From: Camelus dromedarius
Taxonomy: Eukaryota
Assembly: GCF_036321535.1 (NCBI RefSeq)
Contig: NC_087436.1
Location: 94,614,001-94,678,000 of the forward strand
DNA: 64,000 nucleotides
Direction: 5' to 3'
Shown: one piece after another, positions 11,800 to 24,760 of the stretch
Position numbering within the stretch: the first letter of the stretch is position 1
How the letters are laid out: every line of letters begins with the position of its first letter
Notes under the pieces: model-generated
Seen by the model: the letters and a program-made list of their open reading frames with translations, nothing else
Told to the model about the DNA's origin: nothing
Databases searched by the model: none
Made by a program: the position numbers and the translations under genes

Positions 11800-12897
11800 A
11801 GATCCACAGTCAAACTTCTAAACTTAGCTCCAGGCCAGTGGGTACCACAGTATTGATTGTAATGCACACTGTATTATTCCAAATTTAGAGAATAGATCAG
11901 AACCCCCACAGTTGTGGCTTTCTGAATATCTGCAGCATGGAGTGGAAAGCTTGCTTCAATAGCACAGTCTATACTTCCTCACCTTAAATTACTTATTGTT
12001 CCTGTCAGGTACAGATGTTCTTTAGGTGGTGTTTTTTTTTTTTTTTTTTTAGGAAAGAGCCTCACAACTCTGCCTCTGTCCAAGGAGTACACAAGTGCAG
12101 CTACGGCTGGGACATGGCTATTGGGCCTTCACACTTCACTTTCAAGACAGCAGCCACTTTTCCGGTAGACTGCCCTCTGCTGATCAATCCAGTTGTTTTT
12201 GCTGAGTTCATGAATTCCTTTCTGTCCTCTAAACCAGAGTCCTCTCTTTTGGAGCCTAGAATCACTGGGGCCCCAGTGCAAAGATCCCAATCCTCCCCAA
12301 ACCACTCTTCAAAATCCTCTTCCTTTGGTTGTCTCAAAGGCCGTGAACTGGTCAACATGGGACTCCCTGCTAACTAAAATCCACAACTAGCTTCTACCTA
12401 CTCAGTTCCTCAATGATGTCAGTTATTTATTATTCATTTAGAATACGGAGTTTCAACAATCATATAAGCCTCATTAAATTGACCAGATATTCTTTGTTTG
12501 CTCATCCAAATCCACTCTCCAGTACTCTCTACCCTGTGCCCCTGGATGCTGAAAGTAAGGGCTACCATGTGGTCTCTACATCTACAGGGCTTTCTTACCT
12601 TCTGGATTTCAGTTGAACGTGGCCAAGGGGAGCCTCTGGCAGTGCGGTTAACAGTGCTACCTTTTCCTACCAGAACAGTCCTGTCCAATAGCTCTCTCCT
12701 TCAGCTGCAGCTTTGCTCCTGCTGTAGCTCTTTCAAGATTCCAGTAATCATGTCCCCCTGTCCTTTCAAGCGTGGAGCTGCCAAGAGCAACCTGCTATTG
12801 TTAGCCTTTGCCAGCATCCTTTAACTTTGGTAAACAGTCTCTTCAACAAACTCTACTTGTTAACCCCCTGCTTCCTGCCAAGACTCTGTCTGATACA
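11800..12897. mobile_element. Ancient ERVL/MaLR-like LTR-element remnant
   Basis: Ends with LTR-like CTGCTTCCTGCCAAGACTCTGTCTGATACA. The interior is degenerate and the family was not identified. Confidence 0.4.
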
Positions 12898-13839
12898 CCA
12901 AGGTACAACCATAATTTCTTACTCTCCTGGATGTTGCTATTATTGAGATAAATTCCCAATTGGTCTCTACTGCTCTACAGCCTCGATTACTCAGAGGAGC
13001 TCAAAATTACAACTTTCCCCACTAAGGTGAAGACCAAACTCTGAAGGGCCAACTGATACTGCCCTGTGAATAACAGATAAACATCCTTCCCTTTTTTTGG
13101 TACTCCCTGGAGATTCATATGCACTTTCATCTCTCTGTAGCTGAACATTCAACTGTACCTTCCTAGGGAATGACTCCTTTCCAGAGTGAACAATCCAGCT
13201 TTATCCCTCTCCTCCCCAGGGGCTTAGGAAAGCATATGCAAAAGAATCCCCCTGTATCCTCTGAAGTTAGCAAGCACCATGACTTTGACACTCTCAGGAG
13301 ACTCTACAGGGGCATAATGAAAATTGTAATTCAAAGTATCAGGAGACATATTTATCATATAAACATCTCAACAAAAGTACTGTGCTCAGAATTTGATGCA
13401 ACTGCATTTTATCCTTTTAAAAATAGTTTTGATGTATGAATTCTTACACATCTCTAACCTATTAACCTATTAGCATAAAATTGTATTAAGTTAACATTAG
13501 GAGGGAGGTTAGTTTTAAAGAAAAAAATAATTTAAAGTAGCATCTGGTAACTTAATGTTCTGCAGTTTTATACATTTGATTAAGGAAGATACGTTCTCAT
13601 ACTTCCCAGATGAGAAGTGTAGGAAAGCACTTAAATACTACCGCAATTAATATGTCTAGACCAGCATGCAGACTAAACACACTTAGTGCTAAATAGAATT
13701 GTTTTTTAAAAACGACGAAGCCTTATTCTTCCCACTAGATGATTAGATTCTTAAATTTCTGTCATTTAAAACTAAGTACCAAGGCTTTCTGTATAGGCTC
13801 TCACTAGGCTTCCTTGCAACACCTCATCCTAGGCTCCTT

Positions 13840-15170
13840 TATTTTTTGAAATAGTGGTAAAATATACAAACATAGAATTTACTACTACCCATTTTTAAGT
13901 ATACTGTTCAGTGGCATTAAATACTTTCACCTGTTGTGTAAACATCACACCACTATCCATTTCTGGAACTTTTTCATCATCCAAAAATAGAAACTCTACA
14001 TCCATTAAACAATAACTCCCCATTCCTCTTTCTTTCAGCTTCTGGTGACCATTATTCTATTTCTGTTTCTATGAATTTGACTATTCTAAGTATCTTATGT
14101 AAGTAGAATCATACAATATTTGTCCTTTTGTGTTTGGCTTATTTCATTTACAATGTTTTCAAAGCTCATCCATGTTGTAGCAGACCTTCGTTTTAAAGAC
14201 TAAAACAATCTAATATTCCAATGTATGTATATGTCACATTTTGCTCATTTATTCATCATCCATTGAAGGACACTTGGATTGTCACCATCTTTTAGCTACT
14301 GTGAATAATGCTGCTGTGAACACAGGTGTGCAAATTCTGTCTTTGAGACCCTGCTTCAGTTCTTTTGAATATATATTCAGAAGTGAAATTGCTGGATCAT
14401 TTAGTAATTCTGTTCTGTTTAATTTCTTGAGGAACCACCGTTATCTACAGTGGCTGCACCATTTTACATTCCCACCAGCATGCACAAGCATGCATTCTCT
14501 ACATCCTTGTCAACACTTGCTACTTTCTGGTTTTTTGATAATAGCTATCCTAATGGGTGTGAGGTGGTATCTCACTGTGGTTTCAATGTGCATTTCCTTA
14601 ATGATTAGTGATGTGAAGCATCTTTTCATGGGCTTATTGTCATTTGTATATCTTCTTTGAAGAAGTACTTATGTCCTTTGCTTGTTTTTGAATCAGGTCG
14701 TTCATTTTGTTTTTGTTGAGTTGAGGGAGGTTTCTTTAAAAATATGTATTCTGGATATTAATCTCTTATTCAAATATATGATTTGCAAATATTTTCTCCT
14801 ATTTTGTGGGTTAACTTTTCACTAGCTTTATGGTGTCCTTTGATGAAAAAAGTTTTAAATTTTGATGAAGTCCAATTAATTTTTTTTTTATCTGTGCTTT
14901 TGGTGTCATTTCCAAATAATCACTGCCATATCCAATGTCATAAGATTTTCCCCTATGTTTTCTTCCAAGACTTTTTGTCTTAGCTGTTATGTTTAGGTCT
15001 TTGATCGATTTTGAATTACTTTTTGCATATGCTGTAAGAAAAGGGTCCCATTACATTCTTTTGCATGTGGATATATAGTTTTCCCAGCATCATTTGTTGG
15101 AGAGATTGTCCTTTCCCCATTGAAGGGTCTTGGCACCCTTGTCAAACATCATCTGACAACATAGGTAAAG
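13840..15170 (-). mobile_element. L1MA/MB-type 3'UTR plus ORF2 C-terminal fragment
   Basis: Antisense L1 hallmarks: GTGAATAATGCTGCTGTGAACA, CATTCCCACCAGCA and TTTCCCAGCATCATTTGTTG. Confidence 0.85.
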
Positions 15171-15519
15171 GATCATCTCACGCTCTTAACTACAGAAGGT
15201 TATTCTTATCTTTCTTTCCAGACAAAGCTTTATATTTGAAGAAATGCCACTATAATTATCAACATTTACAGCTGTTCAGGTAACTATGAGGTAAAAGATC
15301 AAGTTAGATGCAAGGGATAGATAAAGGAATAAGATATGGACTCTGGTCATGAAACTACCAATTTATTGGGAGAAATAGAATATCTCATTAAAAGACAAGT
15401 ATAAATACAAATACAGGTTAGCAGATGCTAATTTTAAAATAAGTGGCACAGAATTACATGCCCTGGGAGTTCAGAGTTTGTCATTTTAGGAATGGATTTT
15501 AAATACTAAGATACCGATC

Positions 15520-16125
15520 AGTATGTACACAAATGTTCATAGCAACATTATTCATAATTGCCAAAAAAAATGGAAACAGTGCAAATGTCCATCAGCTGAT
15601 GAATGTATAAACAATATGTGGTATTTCTATACAATGGAATGTCATTCAGCAAATAAAACAAATGAAGTACTGACATGTGCCATAACTGAATGAGCCTTAA
15701 AAACATTATGCCAAATGAAAAAAGCCAGTCACAAAGGACCACATATTGTGTTATTCCATTTTTATGAAATGTCAAAAATAGGGAAATCCATACAAACAGA
15801 AAGTAAATTACTAGTTGCCTAGGTCTGGAGGGGAGGGAAGGAAGAGAAGAAGGAGGAATGGAAAGTGATAGCTAATGGTCATGGCATTTCTCTTCAGGGT
15901 GATGAGAATGTTTGATCATGATGGTGATTGCACAACTCTGTGAATGCACTAAAAACCATAGAGTTTTGTACATTAAATGAGTGAATTGTATGATATGTAA
16001 ATTGTATCCCAATTAAGGTGTTATTTAAAAATGAAAATAGCCTCATCAACTCCATCACTCTAGAAAAAAGGTGAATTTTATCTTATGTGTATTACATCTC
16101 AATAAAGAAGTTATTAAAAAAGAAA
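15520..16125 (+). mobile_element. L1MB/ME-type 3' end
   Basis: AAATGTTCATAGCAACATTATTCATAAT...TGCACAACTCTGTGAAT...CATCTCAATAAAG followed by an A tail. Confidence 0.8.
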
Positions 16126-16403
16126 GAAAAAATATCAGTCTGTAATCCAGAAAGAACTATAGGCTGAGCCAGATGACCCGTTTCTCTTAGGTTTATAGAA
16201 TCCTATCTGAAACAGTGCAAAAGAGTGTGAATTTTTAGTATCTGAGGCAATGGGCAATTATTGAAAGATTTTGATTAAGGCAATGATATACTGAAATTGT
16301 GTATTAGGAAGATTAATACTGGCAGCTCTCAGTAGGCTGGATTCGAACAGAGGAGGACTGGAAGAAGGAAGCCTTCTTAGGTAGCTGTTAAAATATTCTA
16401 GAA

Positions 16404-16583
16404 CAGTGGTTCCCAAATGCTGTCCAACAGCATCAGTATCAGCTGGAAACTTGTTAGAAATGCAAATTCTTGGTTCCCACCTCAGAGCTACTGAATCAGA
16501 AACTCTAGCTTGTGGTCCAGCAATCCATGTTTTAATAAATCCTCCTGGTGACTCTGATGCAGGGAAATATTTGAGAATCACTG
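16404..16583. mobile_element. MER5A MITE, full length, inserted in an L2-like fragment
   Basis: TIRs CAGTGGTTCCCAAA and TTTGAGAATCACTG. The 8-bp flanks TTCTAGAA/CTCTAAGA resemble the Charlie NTCTAGAN target. Confidence 0.85.
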
Positions 16584-16822
16584 CTCTAAGAGAAAGGTAA
16601 TGAGTACCTGAAAGAAGTGGTAATGATGTGAATGGAAAAAAATCTTATGATGTGTAGGTAATATATTTCCAGCCAACTATTTGGAAATAAAGGCAAGAGG
16701 AAGGAAGCAAAGAAAATTTACAGATTTCCTTTAGTATCATTTACAGAAATAGGGAGGAAAGGAAGAGGTGTAGGTATAGGAAGAAGACAATGAGTTCAGA
16801 TGTTTACATTCTGAGCTGATTT

Positions 16823-17200
16823 ATGAAGCAGACACTGTTAATTGCCTACCCAAATTGATTTCCCTCACCTGCACCACCCTTCTCCTTGGCCAAGTCCCTT
16901 TTTGTTCAAGTGTTCATCCTCCATGTGGCCATGTGTCCAAGGGAGTCTGGGCCCCTCCTAAGACCCAAAAGGTGACTCTTGATTGGCCTAATAGTCACAG
17001 TTGTCTTCTTTAGGTTAGATATGAGTATGTGCTGTAATTCTGGCCAGTAAGCAATGAGGGGAAATCTGTGGGCAGTCTTAGGTGGGAGAAGGAGGCTTCC
17101 TTAAAAGGACATAAAGCAGGGTCATTTGTTTTTCCCTGCCTTTGGGAAACACAGAGCTGGAAGCACAACAGCCATCTCATGACAGTGAGAGTACTATTTA
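16823..17200. mobile_element. LTR16-like ERVL LTR fragment
   Basis: TGAAGCAGACACTGTTAATTGCCTACCC...GATTGGCCTAA...AATTCTGGCCAGT. Confidence 0.5.
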
Positions 17201-17604
17201 ACAAGTGTTCTGGAAGTTCTAGACAGTTCCAAATTCCAAGGAATAAAAGGGACGTTTTGAACACTTACTTAATGCCAGATATGGGTCAGGTACTTTACAC
17301 ATGTGGCTAAGTTATTAAAATGTAAATTAACTCTTAATCTCATAATAACTTCATTTTGCAGATGAGGAAACAAACATGGCAAGTTAAATAACTTGCCCAA
17401 TAGTAAGTTAAATACTAGGAACTGAAAAAGACAAGATTCCCACAGGTCTTTTGATTCCAGAGCCTACACCCATAAATTCTATGCTCAATTACAATAATCA
17501 GAAAACAGGGGACAAAATTATAATTATTTGTAGATACTATGACTACTTATAAAAGAAAGAAAAAATATCAACTGAAACATTTTAGAAATATTGAATGCAG
17601 TACA

Positions 17605-17922
17605 TGTAAAAATTAATTAAAATAAATCTCAATTAAATAGAACTGGGAGATTAGAATGAGAAGTTCTCTTGCTCTGCTTGTCAGCAGAGCCCAATAGGAA
17701 GGAGAAAGATTCCTCTTCTTCCCTAGCAAGGACTCCACCAATGAAAAGCCACAGACTCTTTATTTACTATAGCCCTCCCAACTTCCTTTTCTCCTCTATA
17801 AAACTGTTTTTCTCTTGCCATAATGGGGACTGCATGTGGTTGCAGACCCCAAATTGTACTTCTTTACTGATCACAAATAAACTCATCTTTGCTGGAGAAA
17901 TATCTGGCAGTCTAGGTCAACA
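17605..17922 (+). mobile_element. 5' LTR of a class I (gamma-like) ERV
   Basis: TG...CA termini (TGTAAAAATT...GGTCAACA), TATAAAA near 17797, AATAAA near 17876, followed directly by a PBS. Confidence 0.8.
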
Positions 17923-17925
17923 TTT

Positions 17926-17943
17926 TGGTGACCCATACAGGGA
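17926..17943 (+). promoter_or_regulatory. Retroviral primer-binding site, tRNA-Ile(AAT)-like
   Basis: TGGTGACCCATACAGGGA compared with TGGTGGCCCGTACGGGGA (complement of the tRNA-Ile 3' end): 15/18 match. All three mismatches are G>A and two are at CpG. Confidence 0.7.
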
Positions 17944-19547
17944 CCAAAGAAGACCCCCAAAGGATCTGGGGCCAGTGAGGAAACAGGTGCAGTGCCCACA
18001 AATTGAGCCCATTGTGCCGACTGCTTTTCTCACTGACCCTGGAGTTTGGAGGTACATATTTCTCCTGGATCCAAACTCACATCCTCTTTGCATTTTGAAC
18101 CTCTCCAGGCTTTCTTCAGGATCTATTTTAAGGTTTTGTCTTCCTGGTTAAGGCTTGTTTCTGTTCAAGTACTTATTTGGGACTTCATTCTGATTTTAAG
18201 ATCAGACTGTTTGAACTGAAGCTAGCTGAAAATGCCTTCAGCCCAATCCTTTGGAAACAGGGGCTGGTTCATAAAAACTGCCAAGTTTTTCAGCCTTTAG
18301 TCTATTCCAAAAAAATAGGCTATTCTCTGGAAACTGACTGAAAAACCCTTTGGCCTGGCTTCTCCAGGACCAAGCTGTTTCCTTAGAATTGCCTGTGATT
18401 AGCTTGCAAGCTATTTGAAAGTTATTCTTTCACTCTAGAGAAAAACCTCTGAGAAACAAGATCCTAGTTATCTAAATTGAGGGTGCTCCATCTTACAAGG
18501 TACCAGCTGATTTTATGTTTAAAAACCATGGTCCTTGCTCATGCACATTTCTAACTAAATGGACTGACCTGACCAAATATCAGAATATCAATGGCATTAT
18601 GGGGAACATTTGAAATTCTTGAATTTAATTTCCTTAAAGCCATATTAAATTACAATAGCTCAGACATTTCCAGAACTGAGTGGAATGCTTAATTTCCATT
18701 GGCATTTTGAGGCTTCTCAACATTATCAGGAGTCTGAATTGCCTCTGTAAAACAAAATTTTAAGATAAACTGAGGCAGACAATTAAAGAAGGGTACAATG
18801 GCTCCCAAAGTTTAAGGCTCTTCTTCCTTGGCTTCTATGTCTCTGGCTCCACCTCCAGTGCCATCTTCTCTCTCTCTCTAGATTCCTTGTGGCTAACTTC
18901 ACCCCTGGTGCCATCTTCCCACTTCCCTTCTATGCCATCTGTGTCTCCTCTATACCCTGAAAGTCTCCCAAACAAATTCTCTCACCAAACTTCCCCTTTT
19001 CTCTGAAACTCTCCCTAGTCCCTTTTCCTCTGAACTTGTCAGAACCTGTCCTTTTAAGATTAAGCCTTCTGAGAATCCAAACGGTAAATCCTTAATTTCT
19101 TATATTCCCTGTACTTAGGCTGAACTGCAAGTCATAGTCAAATATTTTCCCAAAGTAACTGAAGATCCTCATAATTTGCTGAGGAATTAAATATATTCAT
19201 TTAAACTTATCAACCTGGTTTCTCTGACTTATAGCAGCTAATTCATATGATTGTTGGTGAAGGCCAGGCCTAGCATTAGATGAAAACTGCTAATTGGGAA
19301 AATCCTGAAAGGTCTCTATAATTATAACCGGAGACCAATCTGCTAACTTATTATATGATCAGACTCTGGCAAGCTAGGCAACTTCATCAAGCAATTCCTA
19401 GAGCTTTTCCAAAGTCTATTGATTGGAACAAAATTTAGGCTTACACACAAAAATCTAATGAGTCTGTTAATGACTATTACAATTGCCTTTAGATTACTTT
19501 TAAAGAAAATTCTGGTTTTCCATCAGATGTTGATTCCATCCAGGTAG

Positions 19548-20830
19548 TTTTTTTTTTTTTCTTTTTCTTTTTTTTTTCCTCACTTTTTTTAAATTAAAGT
19601 ACAGTCTATTACAATGTGTCTATCTCTGGTGTACAGCACAATGTCCCAGTCATGCGTGTACACACATATATTCATTTTCATATTTTTTCCATTAAAGGTT
19701 ATTACAAGATATTGAACATAGTTCCCTGTGCTATACAAAAGAAACTTTTTAAAAATCATTTTTATATATAGTGGCTAACATTTGTAAATCTCAATCTCCA
19801 AAATTTATCCCCTCCCACCCCCTTTTCCTGGTAACCATAAGATTGTTTACTAAGTCTGTGAGTCTGTTTCTGTTTTATAGATGAGTTCATAGTATCCCCC
19901 CCCCTTTTTTTTAGATACCACATATGAGTGATAGCATATGGTATTTTTCTTTCTCTTTCTGACTTACTTCACTCAGAATGACTTTCTCCAGGAGCATCCA
20001 TGTTGCTGCAAATGGCATTATTTTATTCTTTTTTATGGCAGAGTAATATTCCACCATATAAATATACCACAACTTCTTTATCCAGTCATTTGTTGATGGA
20101 CATTTAGTTTGCTTCCATGTCTTGGCTATTATATATAGTGCTGCTATGAACATTGGGGTGCATGTATCTTTTCAACTTAGGGTTCCCTCTGGATATATAC
20201 CTGAAGTGGGATTGCTGGATCATATGGTAAGTCTATTTTTAGTTTTTTGAGAAATCTCCATACTGTTTCCCATAATGGCTGCACCAAACTACATTCTGCA
20301 CCAAACAACAGTGTAGGAGGGTTCCCTTTTCTCCACATCCTCTCCAGCATTTATCGTTATTGGACTTTTGGATGATGACCATTCTGACTGGTGTGAGTTG
20401 ATACCTCATTGTAGTTTTGATTTGCATTTCTCTGATACAGTGATATTGAGCATTATTTCATATGTCTATTGGCCATTAGTATGTCTTCATTAGAGAAATG
20501 CTTGTTTAGGTCTTCTGCCCATTTTTGGATTGGGTTGTTTGTTTTTTATTATAAGCTGTATGAGCTGTTTATATATTCTGCAAATTAAGCCTTTGTCAGT
20601 TGCATCATTTGCAAATATTTTCTCCCATTCTGTAGGTTGTCGTTTTGTTTTGCTTATGGTTTCCTTTGCTGTGCAAAAGCTTATGAGTTTAATTAATCAG
20701 TCCCATTTGTTTATCTTTGCTCTTATTTTCATTGCCTGGGTAGACTGCTCTAGGAGGACGTTGCTAAGATTTATGTCAGAGAATGTTTTGCTTATGTTTT
20801 CTTCTAGGAGATTTATTGTGTCTTGTCTTA
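19548..20830 (-). mobile_element. Young lineage-specific L1 (5'-truncated) inserted into ERV gag
   Basis: Poly-T at the left end. ORF2 C-terminus MFIAALYIIAKTWKQTKCPS. TSD CATCCAGGTAG at 19537-19547 and 20831-20841, next to a minus-strand TT/AAAA endonuclease site. Confidence 0.93.
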
Positions 20831-21979
20831 CATCCAGGTAGCTTTTAACTCTGTGTTTACTAGTGGGCTGAATTGGGACCTTAAGTAAAAAGAACTAGGG
20901 TGGAAGGTGAAACTGTGTCACTCCAGATTTAGTTAATCTGGGAAATCAGCTCTCTCACACTCTAGATGAGTCACCTGAAAGGAAGGCCACCCATATTCTT
21001 AATCTTCAACTCCAACAAATGAAGGCTCTAGCCCTCTACCCAGCCTTTCCAACATCCTCTCAATTTTCAATCATGGGGCTCCAAGGAACTACAGGGGATC
21101 TTCCAAATCTTCTCTCTTAATTAGCTTGGAAAAGCATTTTTCCAGACTGGGGATTAATCTCTTCCAGTCTTAACTGACACTGGCACCACACTCTTGGTGC
21201 CTGACCCAACTACTACAAATTAGCCCTTGCCTTAGAGCCTAAGACAGTTCAAATAGTGTGGATCCCTAATAAACCTCCAGAAATTCCTGTCTCTGAACCT
21301 ATTCCCATTTCTTTAGGCCCTTTGAGAGATACATACCCTTTTCTCCTTAGTTTCTCTGCCCGTACCCATTTATTAGGCTGAGATTTCTTAGAGAAATATC
21401 ATGCCAGAATTTCTCTCTCCCAAAAGGGAGAAGTAATTCTAGAATTTGACAGCAGAAAACCTGGTTAGAGAAGGCCAACAACTGGCCTCAGAAAAGGAAA
21501 GAGAAGATTGGAAATTCAACAATTGTTGACTTGATAGAAGGAAAAAGCTCTGGTTGGTACCAGATAACAACCCAGTACCCTAAACCAGAGACTCTAAAAT
21601 TCCTGTTCCCCACCATTGTACATGAAATAAACTGTTGATCTACTGACAAAATGATAGCCTTTTTGAATCAATATTGGTGGGGAAATATTAACAAGGATGC
21701 AAAAAGTATCTAACTTGTCCCAGTTACTTGAAGTACAACCTAGGGAAGCCTGTTCATACTGACCCAGGCATTTTAAATTGCCCAATGGATCATTCCAAGT
21801 CTGGCAAATGGATTTTGTACAACTTCCTTCTTCTCATGGGTACAAATATATTTGTAGTCATGGTCTGTATGTTTTCACACTGGATTGAAACCACTCTTAT
21901 GTATCATACAGAATAGTTTCACTGGCCAAAAAAATTCTTTGTGAATGAAGAGATGAATAAGTGATTGGCTGTGATAAGG

Positions 21980-22157
21980 CCACATGGTGGTCATGATCAT
22001 CAGCTCTGAAACAAGATTGCCTCAGTTTGAATCTCATCACCCCACTTACTAGCTGTATGATCTTGGACAAATGACTTAACTTCTCTGTACTTCAGCTTCC
22101 CTATCTGAAATAGCTGTAATTGTAGTTACCTCATAGGATTGTTATGAAGATTTTAAA
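21980..22157 (+). mobile_element. MIR, 5' and core portion (continues at ~24773-24845)
   Basis: CCACTTACTAGCTGTATGATCTTGGACAAATGACTTAACTTCTCTGTACTTCAG...ACCTCATAGGATTGTTATGAAGATT. Confidence 0.8.
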
Positions 22158-22164
22158 TCTAGCA

Positions 22165-24580
22165 GACTTCTACTTCCAGGAAGAAATGGAACAGCTGTAC
22201 TTTTCCCTATTCCTTCTGTTAAGTGCAACTAAAATCCCTGAATATATTGTATGAAACAAAATATAAGACCCTAGGAAGTGGAGAGGGGAAAGCATACCAG
22301 CTAAAGATGTCAGGACACAAGGAATAACATAGTGGTGAGTTCCTTGGGTTTTCTTTTCACTAGATATATTCCAGACTGGGTACTGGAGAAGCCAGCAGCT
22401 TGGAAACACCAACGGTCACAGACCGAAAAAAAGCCCAAGAAAAGCGTGCTCTCTCTCTCTAACTGAAAGACCAGGAAAGGGGCAGTCTAGCAAGTCAGAA
22501 AATCTTTAAACAATAACTGCTCTACTTTAGACAAACATCACAGAAAAAAAACTTCAATTCCACCTACACAGTCTCCTGCAAAGGCACAGTGGGGAGCCAA
22601 GGTTTCCAGTCTTTCCAGGCTATAATGAGTCACCCCAAACACTCTGCCAGGATAGTAACAGAGAAAGCCAACTGGAGAGCCATGTCTTTCATGTCTGCTT
22701 GCTGGTAAAGAGCACCAGATACCCCCACCTCTACCCCAGGTGTCAGTGGAGGCCATATGGGGGGCCTAGACTTTCATCTGCACCCAAGGCACCCCTCCTC
22801 CTCCTCGCCTAGTGATGTCAGAGTAAGCCCAGTAGAAAGCCAGGACTTCCACCATCCATCAGTTCTAACAACGCCATACACATCTCCGCAGAGTTGGCAG
22901 AGATCACAGAGGGAGCCAGAACTCCCACCTCCACTCACCAGTAACGAACTGCCCCTTCCTCCACCCAGGGTAATACAGAGGAGTACCAAAACTTTCACCT
23001 GCATCTGGCACTGATGAGGTAGCAACCCCTGCCCTCTTTCCGCTCCCCTCCTCCAGAGCAGTGTCAGAGGAAGCTTGCTAAAACACAAGATCTAAATAAG
23101 ATCTAGAGTCTTATTATAACATTCCAAATGCCCAGGTTTCAACAAAAAAAAATCATTCATTATAAATACCAAAAACAAAGAAAATCGCAAAGTGAACGAG
23201 AAAAAGACAATTAACAGATTCTAACATCAAGAGGACACAGATATTAGAATTACTTGACAAGAATTTTAAAGTAGCCATCAATAAGCAATTATAAGAATAC
23301 TTGAAACAAAGAAAAAACAAATTTTTAGCAAAGAAGTAAAGTCTTAGAAAAAAAGAAACAAGATATAGAGTAGAACCAAATGGAAATTTAGAGCTAAAAA
23401 ATACAATAACCAAAATAAAAATCCTAATGGATGAGCTCAACAGAAGAATGGAGAGGACGGAATAAAGAAGCGGTGGACTTGAAGATAGAAGAATAGAAAT
23501 TATCCATTCTGAACAACTGAGAAAATTGTTTTTTTTTTTAAAGAGGAACAGAATCTTGAGGACTTGCGGGACTATAAAAAAAAAAAACTAACATTCATAT
23601 TATCAGAGTCCTGAAAGGAGAGGAGGTAGAGCAGGGCTGAAAAAGCATTTGAAGAAACAATGGCTGAAAACTTCCCAAATTTGGCAAAAAACATAAACAT
23701 ACAGTTTATGATTATATTGACTGAACTCTGAACAAGATTCTTAAATCCATGTCAAGGCACATCATAATCAATTGTCTGAAAACAGAAGCTAAAGAAAGAT
23801 CTTGAAAGCAGTCAGAGAGAAATGAAACATTACCTATAGGGGAAAATAATTGGAATAATAGCAGATTTCTCATCAGAAACCACAGAGGCCAGAAGGAAGT
23901 GGCACAACACTTTTGAACTGTTGAGAGAAAAGAACTGTCAACTGAGAATTCTATGTTCAGAGACAATATCCTTCAGAAATGAAGGATTAATTGAGATATC
24001 CTCAATTAGGAAAACTAAGGAAACTAAGAGACTATGACACCAAATTCACCAAATTAGACCTACCCTACAAGAATGGCCAAAGGAAGTTCTCCTCTAAACA
24101 GAAAGGAAATGATGAAAGAAAAAAATCTTGGAATATCAGAAAGGAAGAAAGAATATGGAAAGAGAAAAAATATAGGTAAATACAACAGATTTTCCTTGTC
24201 TTGGGTTTTCTAAGTTATGTTTAGCAGTTAAAGCAAAAATTATAACACTGCCTACTGTGGTTCTCAATGTATGCAGAGGAAATATGTAAGGCAATTATAT
24301 TTATAAATGGGGGAGGATAAAGTGACATAAAAGGAGGTAAGGTAAAATGTCAGCACCAATAAGTTTAAATGTGGTTATACAAATCTCCATTATGTGAGAA
24401 AATTACATAAAACTAAACATACACATTGTAGTGATGTCAAATTCCTAGTTTTGTTATTGTACTATAATTATGTAAGAGGTAACTATTGGGAGAAACTGAG
24501 TGAAGGGTACATGGGACCTCTCTGTACTATTTTTGCAACTTCTGTGGACCTATAATTATTTCTAAATTAAAAGCAATTAA
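22165..24580 (+). mobile_element. Old L1 (L1MC/MD-type): 5'UTR, decayed ORF1, spacer and 3'UTR, with ORF2 absent
   Basis: 5' start ACTTCTACTTCCAGG. ORF1 motifs ATGGCTGAAAACTTCCCAAATTTGG and GCAGATTTCTCATCAGAAAC. 3' end GGGACCTCTCTGTACTATTTTTGCAACTT. Confidence 0.7.
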
Positions 24581-24760
24581 GGAGGGAGGGTGTAGCTCAC
24601 GTGGTAGAGTGCATGCTTAGCATGCTTGAGGTCCTGGGTTCAATAGCCAGTACCTCCTCTAAAAATAAATAAACCTAATTACCTCTCCACACCAAGATAA
24701 AATAAAATAAGATGATACAATAGTAAATAAATAAATTAAATGTTTTTTTAAAAAGATTTT
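24581..24760 (+). mobile_element. tRNA-Ala(AGC)-derived SINE (camelid vic-1 type)
   Basis: GGGTGTAGCTCACGTGGTAGAGTGCATGCTTAGCATGCTTGAGGTCCTGGGTTCAAT with A/B boxes, then AAATAAACCTAATTACCTC and an A-rich tail. TSD AAAAGC(A/T)ATTAA at 24569-24580 and 24761-24772. Confidence 0.88.

Larger units (their letters stand above)
17923..21890 (+). pseudogene. Decayed ERV internal region: gag, protease and part of integrase. RT/RNaseH, env and the 3' LTR were not found.
   Basis: Gag-like FMFKNHGPCSCTFLTKWTDLT (~18510), FPKVTEDPH (~19146) and MHR-like QKSNESVNDYY (~19448). Protease DTG at ~21176. Integrase WQMDFVQLPSSHGYKY...VCMFSHWIE (~21800-21890). Many stops and frameshifts. Confidence 0.8.

Noticed and set aside
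24587..24660. Functional tRNA-Ala gene
   Set aside because: Stem mismatches, a SINE-specific tail, an A-rich end and a TSD show it is a retroposed copy.
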